Source: the human T2T-CHM13v2.0 reference genome, Homo sapiens. From it: a DNA stretch of 64,000 nt. The stretch's first letter is position 1; the number at the start of each line of letters is the position of its first letter. The notes under the pieces were generated by a model. It did no database searches and was not told the origin of the DNA. It worked only from the letters and a program-made list of their open reading frames with translations. The stretch lies in assembly GCF_009914755.1 (NCBI RefSeq), contig NC_060932.1; one strand, written 5' to 3'. Positions 29,820-45,477 of the stretch are shown one piece after another. Position numbers and translations under genes: made by a program.

Positions 29820-31249
29820 TAACCTTGCTGTTTTCTAGCCATGTCATTCATGGACAGGTAAGAAAGGGACACAGCTTGTCTTCCTGTCTCCATCCGTGTT
29901 TCCCTCTTCATTTCTCGCCTGCCCCTGAAAGTAGAAAAGCAACAAAAAAACAAACAAAAAAATCATTCAGTGTCTTTTTTTTTAAACGTGGGATGGAAAA
30001 TAAACTTACCCTAAACAAAAACTTAATTCTATTGGGCATCTCAGGTTACTTATTGTATCATCATTTTATTTTTAGTGTAAAATTAATCACGCAATATGTA
30101 GTACTGAACAAAGAAGAGGGCCTTCTTGCTTTCTCCCATTTACAGAATTTTTTTCTCAGAGAAAGTATTGTTTAGATAGTTTCAAATTCCCACACTTAAA
30201 ATATTTGTCTTCTTGAGAAATTTTAATAAAAAACTAAATTTTATAATGGAATGGAGCTATGTGAGATTATCTGAGATATGTTTTCCCAACCAGAAGGAAA
30301 TAATCTTCCATATTTGTCAAGAAGGAGGAGAGACACTTTGCTTCTCCCAACAACTTCCTCCAACTCTTTTTATATTAAAACTTTTTTTAATTTCAATTCG
30401 TTGTTTTCCTTATCATCTCCTCAGCAGACTTACAATTTGCCTTGCAAAGAAGTAGAAATCCTCCAAATGGATTACCAAAAGAAAGTATATCCCTACCAAA
30501 ACTAAACATATTAAAGCATTTAAATATTTTTAATCAGAACTATTACAAGGTTTAAAACAGAGATAAAATGGCTTCAGTGCAGGGATACTGAGAAAGCCCT
30601 AGACCCGGTGGAGCTTGTATTACCTTCCTTCCCTTCACTGCACTCAGCAAAGATCTGAGCATAGAGGTTGTCGTGTTTTTTTTTCAATTATTACCTTCCT
30701 TCAACTAGGTTAATTAGCTATGATTCCAGCCAAGAGGTTCTACTGCTTTTATACTTGTAACTAAAAGACAATCTCTAAACACACTGCAGAAATGGGAAAC
30801 CATTCTGGCTCTGGATATTCATTTTGTGACCTGCTACTCTTAGATCACATGATTCAACTCAAGTATGGAACTGTCTTTCCTCAGGCAAAAATCCAAGAAG
30901 ACTAGGAGGCCTCTTTTAGATCAGAAAGTGCAAAGAGGAGAAAAGCATGGCTTTCCTCCCAGGTGCTTGTGCCTCTGATCCATTTTGTGAAAAGAATCCA
31001 AAATTGATCCTTTGGCCTTGGCACCAATATGGTTGCTACAGTCCTACAGGAATTAGTGTGAGGCAAACCTATTAGGGAGCAGTTGCCTAAAGAGGGGGCA
31101 AGAGTTAAAGACCTCCAGGTCCTCCACAGCCTGCCATGTACCCCGTGAGTGTGAACTGTGGGAGATTTGAGATGTCCCTGCACTTGTAAGTCTCATGCTC
31201 TGGTTGTTGGTGAAGGTAACCATACCAATCCATTGTGGTGGATGGAGCT

Positions 31250-31452
31250 TTGGAAGCAGGACTTCTGATGCCTGTTCTCATTGCTAATTACATGAGTGTG
31301 GGCAAGTCATTTAACCTCTCTTTGGTTCTGTTTGCCTGTTTGCAAAAAACAATACTTGCCTCAAAGTGTTCTTATGACACTTATATTGCACAAAGGCTGT
31401 AGTTGCCTAACATATCACTGTGCACAAAGCAAGGGCCCAACAAATGCTTGTT
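31250..31452 (+). mobile_element. MIR
   Basis: gggcaagtcatttaacctctctttggttctgtttgcctgtttgcaaaa. Confidence 0.65.
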
Positions 31453-31877
31453 CCTTCTTAATTTGTCTATGATTATGAGCCTCATATGCACTAAAGAAAC
31501 TATAAAATTTCTTGACTGCAAGAAATCAATATTATACTGCCATCTAAAATTCAGTATTGTGTTTGTTAGTTGGTTGGTTTACTTAGAAATTATGCCTTTA
31601 GGTGAAAAAATTATGGTGAGAGTGTGAGGAGAAGATATATGTGTAATGAATGGTCATGTGATCATCTCACCTCTATAGTAGGGTTATGTTGTAAATCATC
31701 CATTCTTAAAACTACTTGTGAGAAGATACTTTAAATTTCCTCTAAAAAATGTTGAAATCAACAGAAAGGACGAAGAAATGGGGAGAGAAAAAGGGAAGTC
31801 AAGATGTTTGCAATGATGTTGGGAAGACAGGGAAATGATATGAGAAAAGCTACTGTATGGCAAATGTACTCATTCAT

Positions 31878-32570
31878 TAAAAAGTCAAAAAAACAACAGA
31901 TGTTGACAAGGATGTGGAGAAAAGGGAATGCTTATACACTGTTGGTGGGAATGTAAATCAGTACAACCTTTATGGAAAACAGTATGGAGATTTCTCAAAG
32001 AACTAAAATTAGAACTATCATTCCATCCAGCATTCTCACTACTGGGTACATACCCAAAGGGAAGGAAATGATTATACTGAAAAGACACCTGCACTTGTAT
32101 GTTGATCGTGGCACTATACACAATAGCAAAAATATGGAGTCAGCCTAAGTGTCCATCAAAGGAGGATTGGATTAAAAAAAATATGGTACATGTACACCAT
32201 GGAAATACCATGCAGGCATAAAAAAGACTGAAATCATGTTTTTTTGCAGCAACATAGATGGAACTGGGAGCCACTATCCTAAGTGAAATAACTCAGAAAG
32301 AGGAGGTCAAATACCGCATGTTCTCACTCACAAGTGGGAGCTAAACAATGGGTACATGTGGACATATGGAGTGGAATAATAGACATTGGAGACTCCAAAA
32401 GGTGGGAGAGTGGAGGGGGGTGAGGGCTGAAAAATTACCTCTCAGGCACAATGTTTACTATTTGAGTGATGGGTACACATAGAAGCCCAGACTTTACCAC
32501 AATACAACATAGGCATGCAAGAAATCTGTACTTGTGCTCTGTCGATATATACAAATGAAAAAATTAAAGT
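31878..32570 (+). mobile_element. L1PB/L1MA 3' end fragment
   Basis: aacagatgttgacaaggatgtggagaaaagggaatgcttatacactgttggtgggaatgtaaa...catgttctcactcacaagtgggagctaaac. Confidence 0.9.
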
Positions 32571-34784
32571 TTTTTTTTTAAATGACAGGGGAAAATGCAC
32601 TAATTTAGGAAGTTAATAGGCAAGCAGAGAGACAGGTGCTGGGGATACCGTGGTGAGCCACAGGCTGCACACCCTCCCTCCTGGAGTCACATCCGTCAGT
32701 ACCCACGCAGATACAGAGCTACAGCAGTCATGCCAAGGTATGTTAGGACCAATGCAGGGTGTTAGGGGCTAGAAAAGGTTTCCCAAAGGAATGAATGATG
32801 CTTCAACTGAAAATTGAGGAATGAGTGGGAATTCATTGGAGAGAGAGGCTTTTCAAGGGCGAGCACAGCATTTTCTATCTGTGGGAAGAGAATGCGGCTT
32901 TACGTAGCATTTGAGAAACGGAGAGATGGCAGTGTGGCTGGAGCACAGAGAGGCAGGTACAAGACAAGGCAGGAGAGCTCCGGTGGGCCCAGAGAGCTGC
33001 CAGGTCGGGCCTTCCAAGCTGTCCTGAGAGAGTCCCAGCCATCAGCACAGCTGTTCTGACTCTGGAAATAAAGAGAAAGGAGAAGTCAATGAGAGCCCTT
33101 TAGTTGATTCCGTATGAAGGATGCATTTGTTGTTTTATTCTCTCTGCTTTTTTGTATGTTTGTAAATGTTCATGATAGTAAATTTTTAAGTTAGAACAAA
33201 AAAAAAGAGCCCTTCTCACCAGCTGCAATTTGGTTGTGAATGTGGGCCAGTGACCAGAAGTTTCTCTGAGAGTGCAAACTTTGGCTTGCCTGTCACAGGG
33301 GAAGGTTATGGCCTCCTTAGAGAGAAAGAAAAAGACAGGCTCATTCTCTTCGTGGAAGAATCAAAGAATTCGAGCACTTGGTTAATTTACTGAGCCTCTT
33401 CCATCTAGAGAATTAGGCTGTACATCCTACGAAGCGTGCTCTGGGGATTTCCACGAATTCTTGTTTACACCCAGACCACAAACAACACAACAGGAGTTCA
33501 GATTTTATTACACAGTGATTTGGCATTTGCAGCTGAAACTGAAATTGCAAAGAAGCAGAAGAGAGGAACAATAAAGAACCATGCAAATCTTTTGAACACT
33601 TCACTCTCTCTGTGGTTCTGGCTCTACATTTGGAATACTCTTTCTTTTTTTCCTTCCGTCCTTCCTTCTTTTCCCTCTAAGTGTCAATTCTGAATATATG
33701 TTAAGCACTTTGCAATGCTCAAGGGGACAGAAAGATAAACAAGTATTTATCCCCGCCTAAAAGACCCTCTGTAGTGAGAAATACACTAATTAAACAAGCA
33801 CAAAATGAAGCATAATTATAAAGTGGGATCCATGCTCTTAAGGAACAGGAATTGTGTTCTTTCCACGAGAAAGCAAATGTTGTCACCTACAGCCAGATTG
33901 CTTCCAGGTATTTCATCGTAGGCCCGTGGGGTTTCAGGTCTCACAGTCAGACACACAGTTCTGGGGCTCAGAAAGGCTGGGAGTCCAGATGGGCATTTGC
34001 TGTCTGCTGGATTCAAGACATGGAGTGACTGAGGTCACCCAGAAAAAGGCTGAGAAGGGAAGAGAACTGAGGACTGCATCCCAAGCAATGCCAGTAGCTA
34101 AAGGACAACCAGACCAAAATGGGGCAACAAGAAACAACAGGAGGGAAAACAGGAGACACGTCTGAAATAAAGAAGAGGAGAGAGAAAAAATTCACACCAA
34201 TGGTGTTTCTTGGGTTAAAGGAGGCTTGTTACATGTTTGTAAGATCTGGGGAAGGCGCTCTTATAGAGGAGGAGATGGAATCCAGAGAAAGGCAGGTTAA
34301 CTGTTAGCGCCCTTGTTTAGGAAGTAGGAGAGTTCGCTTTGGAGAAGGACAATTTTCACCCAAGATAAATGGGAGGCAGGAGAGAGGGAAGATAACCTCT
34401 CAAAGTGAGAATCAATTTCTTTTCTATAAAATAAGATTATTGCACTAGGTAAGCTCTAAGGTCTTATCACCTATTTTCACATTTTAAGAGATAATATATA
34501 ATCCCTTTTAGTCCCCTGTAGCTGTTTTTATAGCTTGATCTTAGAAGCAAGTTTTCATGAGTGATATACTATTCATTATTTTGAAAGAAAAGACTGACAG
34601 ACCCATTATATATTTTTTCCTGGGGCCACTGAAGGAATCGTCATATTTTAGTATGATGATCCTGAAAAAATACATTGTTCAATGTCACTTATATATTCCT
34701 GCCTAGCAATGTAACCATGAAGAAGCAGCAGGTAAACCCAAAATTAGGAACACCTTTTTTTTTCTTTTTTTCTTATTTTCAAGT

Positions 34785-35270
34785 ACTATACTCTTCAAAC
34801 AATGTCAGTGTCATAAAGTCAAAGAAAGTATTTGGAAATAATCCAGATTAAAGAAAACTGAATTAATACAACAGCCAAATGTAGTACCTGATTCTAGACT
34901 TGATCCTGTATAGGGGAGAAAAATTTTGGAATGGACATTGTTAATGTCAATTGGTGAAACTAGAATACTGATAGTGGATTTTTTTAAAGTACTGTGTCAA
35001 TGTTAAATTGATTGAAGTTGATAACTTTATGTGGTTATGTAAGAGAATGCCCCTATTCATAGGAAATAAACACTGGCATATTTTAGGATAAAGGACCATA
35101 ATGTATGCATTTAATCGCAAATGGGTGAGAGAGAGAGACAGAGACAGAGAGAGGGCAATGATAAAGTCAGTTGACAATTAGGGCAAATGAAATATAGATG
35201 TTCAATATAATATTTCTAGTCTTATAATTTTTCTGTAAGTTTGAAATTATTTTCAAATAACAACTTAAAA
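34785..35270 (+). mobile_element. Ancient L1 (L1ME/MD-like) 3' UTR fragment
   Basis: tcaatgttaaatt...gtggttatgtaagagaatgccc, ttttctgtaagtttgaaattattttcaaataa. Confidence 0.65.
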
Positions 35271-35541
35271 TACACATTAATAGCTAAAGGAGTGCTCAGA
35301 GTCCTGTGTTCCAGCACTGTGCCACTGCATATCAGAAGCTCCAGAGAACTCTAAGAATAAGGCCATGCCTTGCTGAGGAAGTCTGTCTTGGCATTGGAAA
35401 AAACTGAGCTCGTATTATTTGTATAAAGAGCAAAAGAACTAAGTGTTCTGTGGCAGTTGTGAATTTGTGAAGTTGTAAGGGTCTTAACTTGTATATGACC
35501 CCATATTTTCTGTTCAGCATATATTTGTCTTATAAAAATCA

Positions 35542-35880
<339 letters not shown>

Positions 35881-36284
35881 CAAAGGAAGAAGAGAAATTC
35901 TCATTGCTAAAGCAGAGAATTCATAAAGAGGGTATCACAGGGACATGAAATTTCCCTTTGGTATAGATTTTTTAAATTGTAAGATATAGAGAGAGCAAAG
36001 CTGATAGAAAGCCTTCATTTTTCTACGGCTACAGTATCATCTTAACAAGTTCCTGGAGTGTCAAACGCAGGCTGAATTACTCTTTTAGGACACGCAATAA
36101 AAGGGGTAGAGATTACAGGGTAATTTGAAGGAGGCTAATGTTTCTATTCTTTTAAATCTGACAACAGATCATATCATCATTTCATGATACTGTGTACTTA
36201 AAGTTTTCTTACTATTTTTTCACTGCTTTGGAAAGCAGCCTTAAGTAACGTCTTCCTGTGCAAACTGGTAGAACCATTCTGACC

Positions 36285-36450
36285 ACCCCGTTAACAACCC
36301 CGCTTTGGTTGGCGCGAGCCTGACCGGCGGTGCAGTTATCTTCCTGAAGGCGGCGCTGTGCCCCAGCTGTGCTGAAGGAGGCCGGCGTGAAGGAAGGGGA
36401 GGGGCGTTCCCGGGCAGAAACCCAGCTGGGCGCCGCGTTTAAAAGCACAA
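36285..36450. promoter_or_regulatory. Short non-repetitive CpG-rich element (candidate promoter/enhancer/CTCF site)
   Basis: 15 CpGs in 36289-36437 within AT-rich DNA. GC box ggggaggggcg, CTCF-like cctgaaggcggcgctg (36343-36358) and TATA-like tttaaaa (36438-36444). Function is inferred. Confidence 0.55.
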
Positions 36451-37879
36451 AGGGAGCATAGTCTAGTGAGAAGCTACACGTTTGCAAGTGGTACACATAA
36501 GAAGAGAGATATGAGCGGCTTCTATGCCCTACAAAAGCGTCGAAATTAAAAAAGGCACAATCTTTTGTTCTTAAATCCCCAAGTGATAATAAAGATGTTC
36601 GCATAGTCATTATCCCATTACCTTTTATTTCGCATTTCTCTCACCTTCTTTTGTCATTTTTTAAACTTTTTCTCCTTCCCCCTCTTTCACTCCAGAATTT
36701 GTTTTATAATTGATGTCGATGTTTTCTGTTGCTTAGAAATTAAATTATCAGAAACTCCTTTGTATACTGGTCTCTGACCTATAAATAGCACCACAGCTGC
36801 CTGTGACTTACAGCAATTAAAGATTTTTGTGCTAGCCAGAAAAAGAAAAGAAAAGAAAAACCTGAAGGTCCCAGTGTAGCATGTCTAGTTGTTCTGCTGG
36901 CTTTTTTGGGAGGAAATATGAGAAATGGCTCTTAGAAAATATTTTCCTTATCAATAATTGTTCTTTGGAGTTCACCTTACTCAACGAGGATGTATCAGAA
37001 ATAATTATTGGGGTTGAATGTATTTCCTGTCAATTAGTGTGGTCTTTTTCCACAAGAGTACTTTCTTTTCATTTTTCAAGGATCATAGACAACAGCTCTT
37101 CCCTATAAAAATATTTTTGAATAAAAAGTACCATTTCCATTATAAGATCTTGGCAATCAACATATCTTCTATTATATCCAAAAGAAGAGAAAGGCTTTAA
37201 TGGGGCCTGGTTATGATTAATAATAGATTTGGTGAAGAAAAAGCCAGCCAGACTTTAAAATAGATGAGACCATTCTTAGTCTTGGTGAGTCTTGGTTCAG
37301 CTCATTAGGGAAGCCAGCTGCGATGCAGATTGGCATACCATTTCTGTGACAGAGGAATTTCCCATAAGAGCTCTCTCCTAAAGGAGGCCAGTGTGTTTTT
37401 AGGTGAGCCCTGGCCACATCTGGACGATAGAGATGAACTGTGCCATACAGGAGGTGGAACAAGAGTAGAGGAAAACAATACAAATGACTTTTAACATTTG
37501 GAAGCCTACTTTTAGAGGGAATACCAACCAAATGGGACCAATAAAATGATAAAATAAGAGGAGTGATTGAAAAATAATTTCAGCACAATCTTTAATCTAT
37601 GAAGAGCTAAGAGATGGAAGACAGGGAACGGACATGTCTTCTTTTGTGGGAAAGGCAATAAGGAACAGATAAAGGCTGTAGGAAGAGTGCCAGATTGCAC
37701 TAGGACAAACTGTGCACCAGGTATCACAAGAAACATTGCCAAGGATGTTGTACACACACCTTTTATTTTTAAGAATGCATAAACTGTCTTTTGTGAATAA
37801 ACTAAATTTAATCCTGCTTACAAGCAGAAAGATAAACCAGGTAGTCCCTAATTTCTTGTGATCACATATCCCCTTCAAT

Positions 37880-38035
37880 CATGGAATCACAAAGCTGACA
37901 GGGAGCTTTGGAGATCACACACTTTATAAATGAGGACACCCATTTTGACAATAGTCCAAGGTCATGAGGGTAGTAAGTGGCAAAGTTGAAGCAACAACCC
38001 AGTTCTGACAGCCTCCGGTCCATGGTTATTTTCCC
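37880..38035 (-). mobile_element. MIR
   Basis: actttataaatgaggacac...ccaaggtcatgagggtagtaagtggcaaagttg. Confidence 0.65.
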
Positions 38036-38175
38036 ACTTCACAAAATTACCTCCTTAGTCCATTTACACCAAATACAGAAAGTTAAACTCCATCCCATTT
38101 CCAGGTCTCACACCCATGCTGGGTTTGAGTAGCATTCCTATTAGCTTCATGACTTCTCCATATGGGTGAGCCTTA

Positions 38176-39505
<1,330 letters not shown>

Positions 39506-41012
39506 AGCAAAAGGAGTTGCAGGACCCACAACATCCAGATGAAGGGGTGACAGCAGGGCTGTGGCCATAATGACACTTCATCCTAGAGCAGGGCAGTGAG
39601 CCGTGAAGTTCCTAGTGGGACCGTCATCACCATTATCATTTGATCCTGTCGGCTGGGGGCGGCTGGTCTCCTTCCAAAGCAGCTGCACCCGAGAGTCTCT
39701 GACTCCACCTGAAAGAATGACGCTGGCTTAATAGGACTCTCCATTGCTACCAAACTCCTCCTGCACGGTCTTGGGTGCACCCACCAGAGGGTACTACTAT
39801 TATGGAAAAATTTTGCCTCCAATCATTAGGGTGTCTTGATGGCGTTAACTGATCTTTCCATAAAAATAGATTCAGTCATACACACATACACACACTAACA
39901 CACATAAGTTACACCAGTCCTCTGTCAAAAAAGCTTAGGTGACTTTTCTTGATGCAAAGCTCTGATTCCCACAGGAATATAAAAACAAAGAAAGAGGGAA
40001 ACATCCCTCGAGAAAAAAAATAGTATTGCTTAGAAAAGAAACCATTTTCTCATTTGGAAATCCATACCATGTGTGAAAATCCTATCCAACGGACAGCAAA
40101 CCCAAATGTTGTCTACACATGTGTTAGCATTGATGGAGTGGTTCATTTTCTACACATTTCAGGATTTGTTTTATATTTTAAATTTTCAGTTGCGAACATC
40201 CTTTTTGACAGAAATCCTATGCAGCCCATGTACGGCTTTCAACAAGACCAAGGAGCTCAATAACTTCATGATGTAAATTAAATAGTAATCATGATTCAGT
40301 ATTCAATTGCAAAAATGTAACAGGTACACAAAGAGGAAGTGGGGAAAAAGGCAAAATGAGAGTCTGATTCCCAGGCATGTGCAGCGCCCATTGGGACATA
40401 ACGGCAGTGCGGCGCGAGCCAGAGGAATGGGCTGGAACCGGATCTGTTTCCAGACGCAGAATGAGTGGCTCTGTGTGACCATAGGCAGATGCTGACTCTG
40501 GAAGACTCCGTGCCACTCCTTTCTAGTGCCAAACACCATCCAACCACAGGACTGACGTGGAAGCCCCAAACAACTGAGAATGAGTGGCATGAGCCCCCTA
40601 AAAGCAGGCGAGAGAACGAGCAATCAAGTTCTCCACTGTGTACAGACTTTTCCTCCCCCCAATCCAAGGTCAAAGTGATGTGTCTTTTAGAGGCTTTGGG
40701 ACACTTTTTAGTAAGTATGAGCAGACAAATGCAATGAATATGCTATGAAAAAACCCTTCTGAACTGAGAGAGGGCTTATCACTATATCCAGCTAAGATTT
40801 GTATTTGAATCATCTGTAAAGTCGCACTCTTACAACAAGCTTCTGGGTTTTAAATACCTCCGTACAGCAAGTAAACGTTCCCCGCTTTCTGTTCTCAGTG
40901 TCCTCGGTCATGGTGCTTTTCGTTGCATTAAAAGTGCCGGTCAAACTTTGATAGTATTTTTTTATAGTTGGTGCAGAGTGGAATAACTCATGGATTATTT
41001 CAATATTTTTGT

Positions 41013-41018
41013 AATAAA
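41013..41018 (+). terminator. Candidate proximal poly(A) signal
   Basis: AATAAA preceded by ttttgt and an upstream ATTAAA (~40927), about 1.5 kb after the stop. U-rich tract downstream at about 41051. Confidence 0.4.
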
Positions 41019-43227
41019 AAATATAGGGTATACACATAGGCATCATCACATTTTTTATAGACCTGGAATCGTTTAAAATACTTTAAGCATCATAATTACT
41101 TGGGATGTCAGAAACTGGTCCACAAATTCCATCAGCCTGCCTCAGCAGATTGAAAACATTTGTCTCTTGCAAGATCACCCTACTTTGCAAGTTGGTGCCC
41201 CCAGGAACCTGGCCAGGGGTGCTATCAGAATATCAGGTGAAGAGAGAATCAGCTTAAATAGAAAGGGCTTGTCAAGACTGGCCAATGTTTCCCAGGAAAT
41301 CAAAGATGTAAATGATTACTTTCATCCATCCATTATAACAAACCTGACCACAGTGGAAGCTGTCTTAAACTTCCTTCCCTGGTTTTATATTAACCCAACT
41401 GATAGATTAAGTATTAGTCAAACCACTAAAAAAGAAAAAGAAAAAAGTTTAACTTAATTATTCGGTTATTTGGATCTAATTCACACAAAGTAGTCCAGTT
41501 CTCTAGCCACCACCTGTAATGGGTGTGTCATCCAGAGACTGTGTCCCCACGATGACATCCACAGGAAGTAACAGAGGGCTCAACCTAGGACTTCTTTTGG
41601 TACAAAGCCCCAAATCAATTTTTTTAAAAAATAGACAATTTTTATAAGTAGACATACTTCCTAGTACTCCATGATTTGATCCTCCAAGCAAGATTTCCAC
41701 TAAAAAATACTAATCTTTTGTTGGGATGTGGAAAGATTACCTAGTCACCAGTAAAGGCCCAGGAAAAGGCTCTTCTTGTCAGCACATGGTGAAAACATTC
41801 CATCCCCACTGGAGAAGGAAAAAACGATTTTGGCAAATTCTTCACTTTTGTGCAGAACCTTGAGTTATTAGCTTCATTGTTTCCAAGACAACTTTTAACT
41901 GATGATCTTTGGAAATTGAGTTTCTCAGTTGAACTGTACCTTTGATTCTATGAGTAAATCACAGATTACAGTCTAATAGAGTCAATCAATCAACACAAAC
42001 CCAACAGGCCCCATCATGCTTCAATCATGTAAGTTCTAAGTTATTTCTCAACTTGATCCCTCATTCAACATGTTAAGAGTCAGAATGAATACTATGTCAA
42101 TGAAAAATGATGTACTGTGCTTTGACTTGGAGGTGAGATTGGCAGTCAGGAGAATGTAAGGAGGTTGAATTTTTCAGTGATTTCCCAAATACTGTAAATA
42201 CTCTGTTATCCGACATATTTGGAGATTATGATGTTTTAATTAGGCATGAATTCTTGTTAAGGAAAGAACATATCCATGATGTGATGAATTACAACCTTTC
42301 AAAAGATTACAAGAGCAAAACAAGAGATAAATCATGATTTAGCCTTGCTTCCATGATTCAGGAAGCACTACACTGCCATCAGACTGTTGTGGTAATAACA
42401 ACTTTTACTTGTTTTCTAGATGCACAGATAACAGAGAGTTTAAAGTATTCAGATTTAAAGAGACATCATCAGTGTACAAAGAAACAAAGTTTCATTTTTG
42501 TATTTATATTTTAATTCTAACATTTCCTTTTCAATCTGCCATTAAACCCTCCGCAGACAGTAACTGGAGAATCCCAAAGGAAAAAATTGGAAATGCTGGG
42601 TTCCTTATCTGCAGGCTCCTTTCTGTGTCTGAGTCCACTTTGATTCCATTTAAGAGGGAGATCTGCTCTTACTCACTTTTTGCATAGGATCAGGAAATTT
42701 TCTAAAGGAACAACATTGTAATTTGTTTTACTTTTAAACTTGCATTTCTAAATATGAAACCATGTTTAATGAATATATATAATGTGTGTGTGTGTATCTT
42801 AACCATAGTGACACTTTAAGTGTTTGTGTGAAAGAAAAGGAAATAATTTTTCCATGTAAGTCAAAGTTTAGTCTCCCAAAATGACTATGTCCTTTAAATC
42901 CTCTTTGCTTATTTACTTAACTACATACTGTCTAGTTCAATAGCACTGACTTTGCAGACACTTAGTTACTACTCATTTGTGATAAACGCTGTTAACCCAA
43001 CAAATATAATAAATTCTCTTACTGACATGGCAAGAATATATAATTCAAGTATTAGCAAAAGATAATCTGAGGATAAAAGTAAAATGAAGTATTTTATGGT
43101 TAATTTCTAAATGCCCAATTTATTTTGCTCTATGAGTAAAGGAAGTGATTGCACAGAACAATTAAAAGTGAATGAGAATAGTTGAAAACTCAATGGCTGT
43201 TTTTTAAAAATGATATGTGCCTTTTAA

Positions 43228-43299
43228 GTGTGTTTGTGTACATACATATATGTATATATACGTACCTATATATGTATGTACACACACACACACACACAC
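43228..43299. repeat. Compound (TG)/(TA)/(CA)n microsatellite
   Basis: gtgtgtttgtgtacatacatatatgtatatata...cacacacacacacacacac. Confidence 0.85.
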
Positions 43300-44754
43300 T
43301 TTCCAACTAAAGTAACAGAGATGAAAAGGATAAAGTATATACTGCTTTTGAATGTATATAAAGTGGTATGTTATGCATATAAATTGTACATAAACTTTTT
43401 AGAAAAGAAGCATTTTCCTGCTCCTTTTTCAAAACCAACCCAAGCTTACAGTCCATCTATAAGACCAACACACTTACGAACTTCAGTTGGAAATACCTAA
43501 ATATAATTCAGCACTTCTTAGCTCGAATGAGTTTTATCACTTCTTAAGGATCTCATCTTTTAAACAGCTGAATAAAATAGTTCTGTGTCACTTCAAAGTT
43601 TCTTTCTCTGAACAGATTGAATTGAGCAAAGAGAACCTCTTCTGTCCTTACCAGGATTGTGTAAGGTTACACATTTGCTTTTAAATATACCAAATGCCGT
43701 TGATTGGAAACAAGTTCTGACACAATGTTTAGACAAGAATCCAGAGATTTTTTCTAATGAACCATTTTCTAGACTAAATATATGCTCCCTTGCATTTTCC
43801 ACATATCTTTGCCATTAGCCATTGCTGTTTCTATATAAAGCTTGGATGAGATGCCTGCATTTTTATGTGCTAAGGAGAATTCCTTAAAGCCTTTTTAAAA
43901 ATAGCTCATACTGTCATTCAGATTATAGCTCAGAGGATGGTTGAAGCGCATGGTGAAAACACAGGAGGACTGGGGTGGTCATTCCTATAATTTCAGTGAC
44001 AGATGCAGATCAACGTTCCTTTGTCTCGGCAATCCAATGTCATTTTTGAAAACAATCAAAAAGATCGCTTGTGTCAGCTTCTGACTCATAACACTCCTCC
44101 CACCTGATGCTCCAGTGTTTCAAAATGGCCAAGGATGGGCGATTCCGCTCTATCCCCCATTTCTGAGACTCTTGTCTGGACCTGTAACAGGCCGTGAAAT
44201 GCCCTGAGCATTCGAGTGGCATCCCTTCTCCTCACATAGGCACCTGGGTGGCAGCATCAGACCACTGAAGTTGTTGTGTTGACATATGTCTTATCTAGTT
44301 GCTGTCCTAAAAATGGGCATGTGGCAAGACTCTCAATCTACAGCCTCGACAGTATCATTACTCATTCTAAAGTAAAACTGCAGAATATGGGTGGAATTGT
44401 ATAAAAACATAATGAGCCATTTAATTTTGCTAATTGAAGCAATTAGTCTAACATGCAAGCAGCCTGCTCTCACAGCAGAGAGCCACATGGAAGAAGTGCC
44501 AAATAGCCATTTGCATTTATATATATATATTGCAGGCAGTGACCTGGCCCCCAAATGTAAAGCTTTTGTCAACCTTGAGGCCTATATTCTGCTAAACAAG
44601 AGATGACTTAATGTCCTTGAAATATTTTCGTAATATACTGACAGCCTAATGTCAGAAACGAGCTGCCTAAATCAAGTTTTGCTTTTGGTTATTTCACTTC
44701 CCCATAGACTTTCTTACGGTTCCATCTCCCACATTGAGAGTAGCTCACCACGAT

Positions 44755-44985
44755 GGATGGTTTACTGCGCACCTAGTGCTGGACTAAGAGCTGTATCTAT
44801 GTGGTTTCATTTAGTCCTCACTGCCATCTGTGAGTTAAGCATCATTTACAGATGACAAAATCTGTAAATGGCTTAGAGATGTCAAGCAATTTGCCCAAAG
44901 GTCCCACAGCTAGGAAACAGTGGGGCTGAGGGTTGAGCACAGCTTTCAACAACTGCGACTTCTGGGAGCCCAGTGACTCTTCCCA
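44755..44985 (-). mobile_element. MIR in the 3' UTR
   Basis: ttcatttagtcctcac...catttacagatgacaaaatctg...gcaatttgcccaaaggtcccacagctagg. Confidence 0.75.
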
Positions 44986-45375
44986 CAAAATCTAGTCCTG
45001 ATTTGGCAAGTCTTCAGAAGAAACAGAATCATGGTCTGATGATCAAATTTTTCCAAGAAAATTTTATTTAAAAGTCAAAGATGTCCTTCAAAATGAACAG
45101 TTAAAAATGTAAAAGTCGATGTAAAATGGAAGTCTCTATCACCTGTAACTAAATTTTACCTTAACTCTAACTCATAGTAGGCAGATAAATGCTATTCTTC
45201 CATTCCAGGCAACTGTCCCCCTCCTATGGCTCCACTATGTATTCAATTAAGTGATAAATATAAATTAACCTGATGCCATGTCTCTTGTATTTTATATGTG
45301 TATGCTGTTTTCATCCAATTAAGCAGACTGAAAAAAAACTAAACCCCATTACTTACTTTGGCATTTTGACAAGAT

Positions 45376-45477
45376 AGAGAGAGAGGAAAAGAAAGAGGGA
45401 GGGAGAGAGGGAGGGAAGGAAGAAGGAAGGAAGGAAGGAAGGAAGGAAGGAAGGAAGGAAGGAAGGAAGGAAGGAGA
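45376..45477. repeat. Polypurine tract with (GGAA)n microsatellite
   Basis: About 100 bp of only A/G, including about 13 GGAA units. Confidence 0.95.

Noticed and set aside
36212-36610. 132-aa minus-strand ORF over the CpG-rich element
   Set aside because: No recognisable domain. The length is explained by local GC content, so it cannot be supported as coding without ribosome data.
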